Shown here: positions 7,620 to 17,894 of the stretch, piece by piece | How positions within the stretch are numbered: position 1 is the first letter of the stretch | How the letters are laid out: every line of letters begins with the position of its first letter | DNA from: an uncultured Faecalibacterium sp. | GTDB taxonomy: Bacteria; Bacillota; Clostridia; Christensenellales; Aristaeellaceae | Reading direction: 5' to 3' | Assembly: GCA_964391995.1 (NCBI GenBank) | Contig: CAYMOM010000001.1 | Location: 1 to 52,885, forward strand | DNA: 52,885 bases | Notes under the pieces: model-generated | Told to the model about the DNA's origin: nothing | What the model saw: the letters and a program-made list of their open reading frames with translations, nothing else | Databases searched by the model: none | Position numbers and translations under genes: made by a program

Positions 7620-8819
7620 ATGGTCAGAAAGATGCTTGCCGTTTTGCTTCTGCTCTGCCTGCTTCTCCCCTGTGCCCTGGGCGAGGGCCTGTCCGTGCCC
7701 CAGGTCACGGGCGTGTGCCAGCAGCCCATCCCGGACAACGAGGCCATGGCCTTTGTCAAGAACATGAAAATCGGCTGGAACCTGGGCAATACCTTCGATG
7801 CCATCAACGATGGGCGCTTCAGCGATGAAATGTCCATCGAAAGCTACTGGTGCGGCGTGAAAACCACCGAGGATATGATCGACATGGTGCACCAGGCCGG
7901 CTTCAACACCCTGCGCCTGCCCGTCAGCTGGCATAACCACGTGGACGAAAACTTCACCATCAGCGCCCAGTGGCTGAGCCGCGTGCAGCAGGTGGTGGAC
8001 TGGGCCGTGGCCCGGGGCATGTATGTGATTCTCAACATCCACCACGATGTGTATCCCCAGTACATGTACCCCAACAGTGAAAACTATGCCACGGCGGAAA
8101 AGTATGTCACCACCATCTGGCAGCAGCTGGCGGAGCACTTTCAGGCCTACGACCAGCACCTGATTTTCGAAAGCATGAACGAGCCGCGCCTGAAGGACAC
8201 CGCCCAGGAGTGGTGGTTCAACAAGGATGACCCCCTTTGCCGGGACAGCGCCGATTGCATCAACCGGCTGAACCAGGCCTTTGTGGACACCGTCCGCGCC
8301 GCCGGCGGCTGCAATGCCGACCGCTACCTGATGGTGCCCGGCTACTGCGCTTCACCCGAATCCGTGCTGAACGCCCAGTACTTCCACCTGCCTGCGGACA
8401 CGGCTGAGAACAAGCTGATCGTTTCCGTCCACGCCTACAGGCCTTACAGCTTTGCCCTGGACGCAAACGGCACCGATGCCTTCTCCGCCGCCAACACCAG
8501 CCAGTATAACGAGGTGGTTTCCTTCCTTTCCAACCTGTACAAAACCTATGTGGCCAACGGCATTCCGGTGGTGGTGGGTGAATTTGGCGCGGTGGAGAAG
8601 AACGGCAACCTGGCCGACCGGGCCGAGCTGTATGCCTACTACCTGACCGCCGCCAGCGCCAGGAACATCCCCTGCGTGCTGTGGGATAACAACGTCCATT
8701 CCGGCAGCGGTGAACGCTTTGGCCTGCTGGACCGGCAAAACCTGACCTGGCCTGTCGAGCTGCTGGTGCAAACCCTGATGCAGTACGCCGGCTACGATGC
8801 CATTCCCCCAAAAACCTAA
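7620..8819 (+). CDS. Secreted glycoside hydrolase family 5 (endoglucanase/cellulase-like)
   Basis: ORF-track 7539..8819 (TTG) trimmed to ATG 7620 (MVRKMLAVLLLLCLLLPCALGEG...), 9 nt after SD GGAAGGAG. GH5 hallmarks: GWNLGNTFD, FNTLRLPVSW, acid/base FESMNEP, nucleophile VVGEFGA. Confidence 0.85.
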   Translation: MVRKMLAVLLLLCLLLPCALGEGLSVPQVTGVCQQPIPDNEAMAFVKNMKIGWNLGNTFDAINDGRFSDEMSIESYWCGVKTTEDMIDMVHQAGFNTLRLPVSWHNHVDENFTISAQWLSRVQQVVDWAVARGMYVILNIHHDVYPQYMYPNSENYATAEKYVTTIWQQLAEHFQAYDQHLIFESMNEPRLKDTAQEWWFNKDDPLCRDSADCINRLNQAFVDTVRAAGGCNADRYLMVPGYCASPESVLNAQYFHLPADTAENKLIVSVHAYRPYSFALDANGTDAFSAANTSQYNEVVSFLSNLYKTYVANGIPVVVGEFGAVEKNGNLADRAELYAYYLTAASARNIPCVLWDNNVHSGSGERFGLLDRQNLTWPVELLVQTLMQYAGYDAIPPKT

Positions 8820-8824
8820 CAAAC

Positions 8825-8860
8825 AAGGGCAGGCCCACTTGCAGGCCTGCCCTTATTTTC
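8825..8860 (+). terminator. Rho-independent terminator after GH5 gene
   Basis: AAGGGCAGGCC-cacttgca-GGCCTGCCCTT followed by ATTTTCTT. Confidence 0.75.
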
Positions 8861-8871
8861 TTGCCCTCGCA

Positions 8872-9005
8872 CGCCGCTCTTTCCGCGTCGCGGTGCGCCC
8901 TTCGCGCACCGTGACCCCCGCTTTCGCGGCGTACCAATCATACCCAAAGAAGGGATTCTTAAGGGATGAAATCCCTTAAGCGGAGTCCAGAGGCAGCGCC
9001 TCTGG
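8872..9005 (-). repeat. Modular intergenic hairpin repeat, copy 2 (C-B-A on plus strand)
   Basis: C module: GTCGCGGTGCGC-ccttc-GCGCACCGTGAC 8887..8915. B module: CTTAAGGGAT-GAA-ATCCCTTAAG 8958..8980. A module: CCAGAGGC-AGC-GCCTCTGG 8987..9005, 17 nt from the VanW-like stop at 9022. Confidence 0.85.
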
Positions 9006-9021
9006 CAGCGTCCTGCATGCG

Positions 9022-10749
9022 TCAGTCCCGTTCCTTGGTGCCCACGTAGACGATTTTCTGCTTGGCCTCGTAGGTGTCGGTAAACAGGTGGTTGCGCTCC
9101 ACGGCAACGCCGTCCACATATTTCACGGCGTAGCTTTCGATAACGTAGCCGTCCGCAGCCTTCTGCACAGTTTTTTCCTCATTCACATAGGTCACATATT
9201 CCTGCTTTTTGTCCTTCACATACTTGACATCCGTGGGTGCAGGCAGCACCTGGGGGTCATCGGTTTCCAGCCTGTAGGTCACGTTGCCCATATCGGCACC
9301 GTAAATGTTCACCTTGGCAATCCACTGCTTGCGGTTGTCGGGATCCATCTGCACCGAGGCCGCGATGTAGATGGCGGAATCGCTGGTATTCTTGAAGGCC
9401 AGGTCGATCTTTCGGTTCTTGCTCCAGTACACGGTAGCATCATAGCCGTATTCGGCGTAGTTCACCGCAAGGGAGTGCTGGGCCCGCTTGGTAATCTGCA
9501 TGCCGGCAGCCACCGCAGCCTGATACACCGTGCTGCTGGCCTGGCACACGCCGCCGCCGATGCCCATCACCTGCTCGCCATAGGCATACTCCACGGCCTC
9601 ATAGAAGCCATTGGCAGTGGAGCGCTCGCCCACAATGCCGTTGAAGCTGAAGGTTTCGCCCGGCTGGATGATGGTGCCGCTGATCAGCTGAAATGCCCGG
9701 CGGATGTTGTTGGTGCGGTTTTCCGTGCTGCGATAGGAAACGGTGGTGCTGGCGGTGCTCCGCAGGGTCACCAGCTTCTGCAGGTCGGCAACGGTCACCT
9801 GGGGCTGCGTCAGCACAGGTTCGATTTCAATGGTGCCGCTCTCCATGGTGGCGACCATTTGGTATATTTTTTCTTTGATAGGCTCCGTGTCCAGGGTGCG
9901 GCCCACCACCTCCTGCCGGAAGGTGAAGGGATCGGTGGTGCTTTCCGGGTTGAAGGTTTCCAGGTAGGCATCCTGGGGCTCGCGGTAAACCTTGGCCTGC
10001 AGGTCTGCCAGCAGGCTGTCCACCACGGAGGTATCCCCGCTGGGCAGCGCCGAATAGGCCTGATAGGGGGTTTGCGCCAGGGCCTCCATGGCGGCTATCC
10101 GCTGCTGCACGGTGCCGGTGTGGCCCTGGGCCCAGGCCTTGTTCAGGGGCTCGTACACATCCACCGTCATGCCCAGCTGGCTGGCGTTCAGTTCCGTGAC
10201 CAGCTGGCCCTGATAGGTCAGCTGCACCTTCCAGGAATCATTGCGCTGCCGGGCCTGGGCCGTTACGGCATCAATGGCCTGCTGCTGGGTCATGCCGCCC
10301 AGGTGAATGCCATCCACATACACATTTTGGCAAAATACTTGGTCAAAGCCGGCAACGTAGCTGTCCAGCTCCGCGGCCTGATGAGCACTGACAGCGCTGA
10401 TGCAAATCGCCGCCACAGCGGCAGCTGCTGCCAGTGCCAGAAGGATCAGCTTCCAGTTCGGGCCAGGCTTGCGGGCCTTGGGCGGGCGGGACGGGCCTGC
10501 AGGGGGTGTATGCCACTGCTCCTGCCGGGGGTGGTATCCCCTTCCGCCTTCCTGCTGGGGCGGGTATTGCTGATAACCTTGCTGGGGCGGGTAACCCTGA
10601 TAGGCCTGCTGATAACCCTGCTGGGGCGGATAGGGCTGATAGCCTTGCTGCCAGCCCTGGGCGGAAGAGGGCTGCTCCGCCTGGGCGGCATAGCGGCTGC
10701 TGCGGCGGCTGCGGGCCTGGGCAGCAGCATATCCATCATCGGGATACAT
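9022..10749 (-). CDS. VanW-family protein with Q/Y/P-rich N-terminus, one TM segment and C-terminal G5-like region
   Basis: ORF track. VanW core GTIIQPGETFSFNGIVGERSTANGFYEA...GGGVCQASSTVYQAA. N-terminal QQGYQPYPPQQGYQQAYQGYPPQQGYQQYPPQQ, then hydrophobic WKLILLALAAAAAVAAICISAV. Confidence 0.8.
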   Translation of the reverse strand: MYPDDGYAAAQARSRRSSRYAAQAEQPSSAQGWQQGYQPYPPQQGYQQAYQGYPPQQGYQQYPPQQEGGRGYHPRQEQWHTPPAGPSRPPKARKPGPNWKLILLALAAAAAVAAICISAVSAHQAAELDSYVAGFDQVFCQNVYVDGIHLGGMTQQQAIDAVTAQARQRNDSWKVQLTYQGQLVTELNASQLGMTVDVYEPLNKAWAQGHTGTVQQRIAAMEALAQTPYQAYSALPSGDTSVVDSLLADLQAKVYREPQDAYLETFNPESTTDPFTFRQEVVGRTLDTEPIKEKIYQMVATMESGTIEIEPVLTQPQVTVADLQKLVTLRSTASTTVSYRSTENRTNNIRRAFQLISGTIIQPGETFSFNGIVGERSTANGFYEAVEYAYGEQVMGIGGGVCQASSTVYQAAVAAGMQITKRAQHSLAVNYAEYGYDATVYWSKNRKIDLAFKNTSDSAIYIAASVQMDPDNRKQWIAKVNIYGADMGNVTYRLETDDPQVLPAPTDVKYVKDKKQEYVTYVNEEKTVQKAADGYVIESYAVKYVDGVAVERNHLFTDTYEAKQKIVYVGTKERD

Positions 10750-10766
10750 CGTCCTCCTCCTTCCAT

Positions 10767-11622
10767 TTACATAGACGAGTCATCGTCCGTTCTTTTGCAC
10801 ATCTTTTCACATTTTTCAATGGCATCCAGCAGCCGGGCTGCATCGGTTTCCGCCTGGCGCCACGCCGGGCAGATGGAGCCAGGCATGCCATGGCTGTCAC
10901 CATCCCGGTGATAGTCGCTGCCACCGGTTACCAGTAGCCCCATACGCCGGGCCATGCGCTCCAGGTGCGCTGTGCTGCCCATGAGGGACGGGTGGAACAC
11001 CTCCACCCCCATCAGGCCTTGCTTTTGCCAGTGGGCCATCAGCGCGCGCAGGGCGGCTGGCTCCTTTTTCAGCAGCGCCGGATGCGCCAGCACGGGCACA
11101 AAGCCGCTTTCCCGCATCAGCGGCAGCGCTTCCCCCATAGAAAGCCGCTCCCCCGGCACATAGGCAGGCCTGCCCTCAGCCAGATAGCGGTCAAAGGCCT
11201 GCTGCTCGGTGGCGGCATGACCGGCCTGCACCAGGGCGCGGGCAATATGCGCCCGGCCCACAGTGCCGGTGTACCCCCGGGTCATGTCATCCCAGTCCAG
11301 GGGCATGCCCAGGGCAGCCAGGCAGACCAGCATTTGCCGGGCGCGTTGCAGCCGCTTCCGGGCCAGGTCAGCCACCGTCTGGCGAAGGCGGCAGTCCCTC
11401 AGCCTGCCATAGCCCAGCAGGTGCAGGCCCGGCATGTCCCGCAGGCTCAGCTCAACGCCGGCAACCACGGGAATGGGTGCGGACACACCCTGCAGGGCGT
11501 CCACCCCGGCAAAGGTGTCGTGGTCGGTCAAGGCCATCAGGGTCACACCCAGGCCGGCGGCTTTCTCCGCCAGCTGCAGCGGGGACAGCACTCCGTCGCT
11601 GAAGGCGGAGTGCATGTGCAGG

Positions 11623-11636
<14 letters not shown>
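10767..11636 (-). CDS. PHP-domain phosphoesterase (TrpH/YciV-like)
   Basis: ORF-track 10767..11693 trimmed to M20 (MTRPDLHMHSAFSDG...), which overlaps the ftsH stop by 14 nt. The 11693 start is not excluded. Motifs DLHMHS, LTDHDT, GGSDYH. Confidence 0.75.
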
Positions 11637-13581
<1,945 letters not shown>

Positions 13582-13667
13582 ATTCGTGTCCTCCTTGCAT
13601 TACTCCACCAAACCAAAACCATCCATGCGAAACCAGAATGCTTTCCCCAAAGCCTCCATCGCAAAAA

Positions 13668-13752
13668 GGGATTCTTAAGGGATGAAATCCCTTAAGCAGG
13701 ATTCCAAAGGGCAGCGCCCTTTGGCGGGTTTCCGAAGGGCAGCGCCCTTTGG
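13668..13752 (-). repeat. Modular intergenic hairpin repeat, copy 3 (truncated: B + two A modules, no C)
   Basis: B module: CTTAAGGGAT-GAA-ATCCCTTAAG 13674..13696. A modules: CCAAAGGGC-AGC-GCCCTTTGG 13704..13724 and CCGAAGGGC-AGC-GCCCTTTGG 13732..13752. The last base abuts the hpt stop codon (13753..13755). Confidence 0.8.
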
Positions 13753-14313
13753 TCACTCGCCGCCGTAAATGCGGGGATGCAGCACGCCGATATCGGGCAG
13801 GTTGCGGTATTTCTCGTCATAGTCCAGGCCATAGCCGACAACAAACTCATCGGGGATCACAAAGCAGAAATAGTCGGCCTTCAACTCTACGCGGCGGCGG
13901 GCGGGCTTATCCAGCAGGGTAACGATTTTGATGGACGCAGCACCCCTGTCCGCCAGCATTTTCTTCAGGTAGGAAAGGGTCATGCCGGAATCCACAATGT
14001 CCTCCACAATCAGCACATGCTGGCCGGTAATGTCCCTGTCCAGGTCCTTCAAAACCTTCACCACGCCGGTGGATTTGGTGGCGCTGCCATAGCTGGAAAC
14101 CGCCATAAAGTCCGTGCGCAGGGGCAGGTCGATCTCCCGGATCAGGTCGCTGTAAAACACCACGGCGCCCTTCAGAATGCCGATGACCACAGGCTCCTTG
14201 CCCTTGTAATCAGCGGTGATTTCCTGGCCCAGCTTCTTCACCGCGGCCTGAATCTCCTCCCTTGTTACCAGCACCTTTGACAGGTCGCCATACAGGTTTG
14301 CATCCCGTTCCAT
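13753..14313 (-). CDS. hpt: Hypoxanthine phosphoribosyltransferase
   Basis: ORF track. PRPP loop [15 protein letters not shown]-terminal [19 protein letters not shown]. Confidence 0.95.
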   Translation of the reverse strand: MERDANLYGDLSKVLVTREEIQAAVKKLGQEITADYKGKEPVVIGILKGAVVFYSDLIREIDLPLRTDFMAVSSYGSATKSTGVVKVLKDLDRDITGQHVLIVEDIVDSGMTLSYLKKMLADRGAASIKIVTLLDKPARRRVELKADYFCFVIPDEFVVGYGLDYDEKYRNLPDIGVLHPRIYGGE

Positions 14314-14324
14314 GTTGTTCCTCC

Positions 14325-15569
14325 TTATTTCTGCAGCCAGGGCATATCACCCGCCCAGGATAGCATCAGGTTATCATTTGCAGGGTTAAAGGGCGGCACG
14401 GCGCCGGCACCCACACCGGCTGCCAGCAGCACCTGGCTGCCCAGGCACACAAGCGGTATCGCGTCCCGGAAGGGGGCATCCACCCGCCTGTTCACAAAAA
14501 AGTCCTGCAGGGATTGCCGCCCGCCTTGACCAAAGGGGCGAATCCAGTCCCCCGGTTGCCGCGTGCGCACGGCGCATTGCTCGTACATTTCTCTGGGCAC
14601 AGCCTGGTTGCGCCGGCCATCCCCCGGTTCCTGCGCTCCCTGGCTGACAGCAAGTTCCACATCGCAGGCGCATCCGCCACCCAGCAGGTGCAGGTGCGTC
14701 CAGCCGCGATAGCCTTGCCAGCCCATGGGCAAATTGCATTTGCTGCCCGCGGGTGCCTGCACCAGGGCCGCCAGCGTCTCGGTTTGCAGGCGGCTCAGGC
14801 AGCGTTCCTCTACAGGAACGGCGCATCGCTGCCACCAGCGGCGCAGCACCCGGTAAAGCAAGCCGTCCGGCAGGCCGTTCAGCAGGCTCAGGGGCAGGTA
14901 TGGTTTTTCCGTCGCCAACGCTTCGGCCTGCTGTTCCAGTGCGGCATCGTCCAGGCGGAGCAGCCCCGCCGCAGCAGCCATCCGCCCCGATGCACCGGGG
15001 GAAAGCTGCTCCATCAGCGGCAGCACCTGGCAGCGCAAGGCGTTGCGCAGGTAGCGGGTGTCCTGGTTGGTTTCATCCTCCCGCCAGGGGATGTTCTCCC
15101 GGGCCAGCAGTTCCCGCAGTTCCTGCCGGGAAGCGCCCAGCAGCGGGCGGATCACCCGCACGCCCAGCACAAGGCTGTCCGGCGCCATGGCGGCAAGGCC
15201 CGTCAGGCCTGCACCCCGCAGCAGGTGAAGCAGCAGGGTTTCCGCCTGGTCGTCCCGGTGGTGGGCCAGGGCAATGGCATCTGCGCCATGCTTTTCCACG
15301 GCCTGGCGGAAGAAGCCGTACCGGGCTTGGCGCGCCCAGTCCTCGCCGGGATGCTCCGGCGGCACAGCCCGGTATACATCCAGCGGCAGGCCCCACTCTG
15401 CACACAGCCGGCGGACAAAGGCCTCATCCTCATCGGATGCTGCACCCCGCAGGCCATGGTTTACATGCACGGCATGCAGCTCCACGTTTTCCTGCATCAG
15501 CAGATAGGCCAGCGCTACCGAGTCCGCGCCCCCGGAAAGGCCCACCAGCATGCGCCGGGGCAGCGCCAT
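14325..15569 (-). CDS. tilS: tRNA(Ile)-lysidine synthase TilS
   Basis: ORF-track 14325..15623 trimmed to M19 ([17 protein letters not shown]...). That ATG lies 1 nt after the upstream TAA (15571..15573). PP-loop SGGADS. Part of the conserved tilS-hpt-ftsH order. Confidence 0.85.
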   Translation of the reverse strand: MALPRRMLVGLSGGADSVALAYLLMQENVELHAVHVNHGLRGAASDEDEAFVRRLCAEWGLPLDVYRAVPPEHPGEDWARQARYGFFRQAVEKHGADAIALAHHRDDQAETLLLHLLRGAGLTGLAAMAPDSLVLGVRVIRPLLGASRQELRELLARENIPWREDETNQDTRYLRNALRCQVLPLMEQLSPGASGRMAAAAGLLRLDDAALEQQAEALATEKPYLPLSLLNGLPDGLLYRVLRRWWQRCAVPVEERCLSRLQTETLAALVQAPAGSKCNLPMGWQGYRGWTHLHLLGGGCACDVELAVSQGAQEPGDGRRNQAVPREMYEQCAVRTRQPGDWIRPFGQGGRQSLQDFFVNRRVDAPFRDAIPLVCLGSQVLLAAGVGAGAVPPFNPANDNLMLSWAGDMPWLQK

Positions 15570-15570
15570 G

Positions 15571-17019
15571 TTAATAAACACGCAGGGGTGCGCCGCAGGT
15601 GGTGCAGGGCGAAAGGTTGGCATAGGGCACCTCGTTGATCTGGGAGAAGGTGAACTGTCCCTTAAAGGGCAGGAATTTTGCCTTGGTCGAGGAGCAGTTC
15701 TGGTCGATATGGTAATAGGTGCCGCCGTCCGGGTTGTAGTACAGCACGGTATTCGGGCTTCCCTCCTCCGGCGCAGGAGGCGGAGTGTTGGTCACGTTGA
15801 TGGAGGAAGCCACGGTGGTTTCCACCACATTGGACTCCAGGGAGGCCGGATCAACATACCAGTTTTCGTTTTCCCTCAGCATAATCACCTGGAAGCTGTA
15901 CCGCTGGGTATCGCGGCCGTTCTGCTTGTCAATTTCCGCTGCCACGGTGACGGTGCGTGCGGTGTCGTTTTCCGTACCGGAGATCTTCTTCACCTCGTAC
16001 TCCACAGGAATGCGGTTCTGCAGGATGGAGAACAGGGCCTTCTTCGGCTCAGAAACGGTGCGCTGCCAGCTAGGGGCGCACAGGGTGAGCATGTTATCCT
16101 GGTTGTTGACCGACCAGAAGTAGAAGAAAGACTTCAGCTGCACCACCGCTTCGCTTTCTGCGATGTTTTCCGGTGAGATGGTGGCGTTGGGTATCTCCGT
16201 TGTCCAGCTGCCCAGAGAGTCACCGCCGGGCTGAGGATTGGTCACGCTGTTTTGCAACTGCTGACTGGTGACCTGCTGCCCCTGGCTGCCGGGGTTGTTG
16301 GTGTCAGCAGTGCTATCTAAAGGGGGCGTACCCGTCAGGGCGCTCACCAGGGCCACAATGGCCAGTGCGCCATACACGCCGGTAAAGGTCAGCCGCACGT
16401 TGCTTTCCACCACAGGCTTCACCCACAGTGCGCCAACGGAAACCGCCGCCAGGGCAACGAATACCCACTTCAGCACCGGCAGGCCGGGAAACACCAGCCC
16501 CAGGATGAACAGCACCGGCAAAAGGCCGCACAGCACCACCATGGCCACGCTTTCGGGCTTGATGGCCGGCGCCTGCCTTTGGGGCGCGGGCTGGGCATAG
16601 CCGTAGCCCTGGGGCTGACCGCCCTGGGGATACTGGTAGCCCTGCACATAGGGGGACTGTCCCTGCTGGCTGATGGGCTGATAGCCCGGGCGCTGCGGCT
16701 GTTGCTGCACATAGCCGGTATTCTGCCGCTGATGGCTCTGGGTGTAGCCCATGGAAGTCTGGGTATTCTGCTGCACCGGGGCATATCGCGGCGGCTGATA
16801 GACCGGCTCATAGGGCGGCTCATAGTTTTGCGGCGGCTGATAGTATTGCGGCGGTTGGTAGCCTTGGGGCGGCTGATAGCCTTGGGGCGGCTGATAGCCC
16901 TGCGGCGGCTGATAGCCCTGCGGCGGCTGATAGCCATTTTGAGGCGGATAGCCCTGGGGCTGCTGGCCCGGCTGCCCCCAGCCTGGGGCATTGGTATAAT
17001 TCGGTCGGCCGTTGTTCAT
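15571..17019 (-). CDS. Hypothetical membrane protein: Q/P/Y tandem-repeat N-terminus, TM segments, extracytoplasmic domain, C-terminal His/Cys3 motif
   Basis: ORF-track 15571..17178 trimmed to M54 (MNNGRPNYTNAPGWGQ...), preceded by AAAGGTGAAGG. Contains (GYQPPQ)n, two or three hydrophobic helices (VAMVVLCGLLPVLFILGLVF...), and ends YYHIDQNCSS...SPCTTCGAPLRVY. Confidence 0.55.
   Translation of the reverse strand: MNNGRPNYTNAPGWGQPGQQPQGYPPQNGYQPPQGYQPPQGYQPPQGYQPPQGYQPPQYYQPPQNYEPPYEPVYQPPRYAPVQQNTQTSMGYTQSHQRQNTGYVQQQPQRPGYQPISQQGQSPYVQGYQYPQGGQPQGYGYAQPAPQRQAPAIKPESVAMVVLCGLLPVLFILGLVFPGLPVLKWVFVALAAVSVGALWVKPVVESNVRLTFTGVYGALAIVALVSALTGTPPLDSTADTNNPGSQGQQVTSQQLQNSVTNPQPGGDSLGSWTTEIPNATISPENIAESEAVVQLKSFFYFWSVNNQDNMLTLCAPSWQRTVSEPKKALFSILQNRIPVEYEVKKISGTENDTARTVTVAAEIDKQNGRDTQRYSFQVIMLRENENWYVDPASLESNVVETTVASSINVTNTPPPAPEEGSPNTVLYYNPDGGTYYHIDQNCSSTKAKFLPFKGQFTFSQINEVPYANLSPCTTCGAPLRVY
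16828..16953 (-). repeat. In-frame 18-bp tandem repeat x7 encoding (G/Y/N)Y(Q/E)PPQ units
   Basis: Plus-strand units of 18 bp: ttgcggcggctgatagta, ttgcggcggttggtagcc, ttggggcggctgatagcc x2 (identical), ctgcggcggctgatagcc x2 (identical), attttgaggcggatagcc. Confidence 0.85.
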
Positions 17020-17237
17020 CCGTATACCTTCACCTTTCTGCCGCAAAGGCTGCGGCATGCTCTTCCCTAGCCGAAAAAAAGCGTACTGAAAAGGCATGGC
17101 GTTTCGCCACACATCCATTAGTATAACACAGTTTCCGCCCTTGTAAACAGTCCTTTCGTAAAATTCTCCACATTTCATCGTCTACAGAGGAGAAAAAAAG
17201 CATAGCCTTTACCACTGCAACAGAAAGGAGCATCGAC

Positions 17238-17837
17238 ATGACAGCAACCACCACCCGACCCCCGCAGGAGAAGGTCTGCGGCTACGAATACACCGTCCGC
17301 CGGGGTGACAGCTTTTACCTGATTGCCCACAGGCTGGGGGTTCCCCTGCGGGATCTGCTGGAGGCCAACCCGGAGGTGAACCCTGCCCGGCTCATGGTAG
17401 GCGATGTGCTGTGCATCCCCATGGAAGAGGACGACGCGCCCCAGGTACCGGCGCCGGAAGCGCCCCCTGCCGATGACAGCCTGGACCAGCCCGCCGTGCC
17501 GGAGCAAACCTGCCAAGGCGGTCAACCCCGCACGGTGAACGCCGGGGAAACCATTTCGGACATACAGCTCAGTGCCGACCTGAACCGCCACACCCTGGAG
17601 GCCGCCAACCCGGAAACCGACCTGGACGCCCTGTCCGCCGGGCAGGTGCTGTGCGTGCCGGCAGAGAATATCCCCTGTGAAGCCGTCACCACCCACACCC
17701 TTACCCAGGATGAAACCCTGGAAAGCGTTTCCCTGCAGTGGAATGTATCCGTGGGCGCGCTGCTGCGGGCCAATCCCTGCCTGGCACCCTCGGACTTCAC
17801 CGCCGGCGTGTGCGTCAACCTGCCCGGTCGGCAATAA
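17238..17837 (+). CDS. LysM-domain protein (three LysM repeats, no signal peptide)
   Basis: ORF track. YTVRRGDSFYLIAHRLGVPLRDLLEANP...GDVLCIP plus two further LysM-like units. SD AAAGGAG 7 nt upstream. The -17175..17834 ORF is its antisense shadow. Confidence 0.8.
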   Translation: MTATTTRPPQEKVCGYEYTVRRGDSFYLIAHRLGVPLRDLLEANPEVNPARLMVGDVLCIPMEEDDAPQVPAPEAPPADDSLDQPAVPEQTCQGGQPRTVNAGETISDIQLSADLNRHTLEAANPETDLDALSAGQVLCVPAENIPCEAVTTHTLTQDETLESVSLQWNVSVGALLRANPCLAPSDFTAGVCVNLPGRQ

Positions 17838-17839
17838 TC

Positions 17840-17873
17840 AAAAAAAGGAAGCGAACATGGCTCGCTTCCTTTA
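17840..17873. terminator. Bidirectional rho-independent terminator between convergent LysM and GGDEF genes
   Basis: AAAAAAA-GGAAGCGA-acatggc-TCGCTTCC-TTTATAAT. Confidence 0.75.
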
Positions 17874-17894
17874 TAATATGCAGCGCAGCAGGTT

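Noticed and set aside
6732-8159. N-terminal extensions of ORF-track entries: 6732..8159, 31278..33017, 48375..49505, 22035..22871, 22559..23659, 27038..28330, 15571..17178, 14325..15623 and 1129..1707.
   Set aside because: The extensions overlap neighbouring genes or repeats and have antisense-like composition. Internal ATGs with proper SD spacing give N-termini typical of the respective families.
17175-17834. Minus-strand 219-aa ORF opposite the LysM gene.
   Set aside because: The plus-strand frame shows three clear LysM repeats and a good SD. The minus frame is G/R/H-rich with no recognisable motif.
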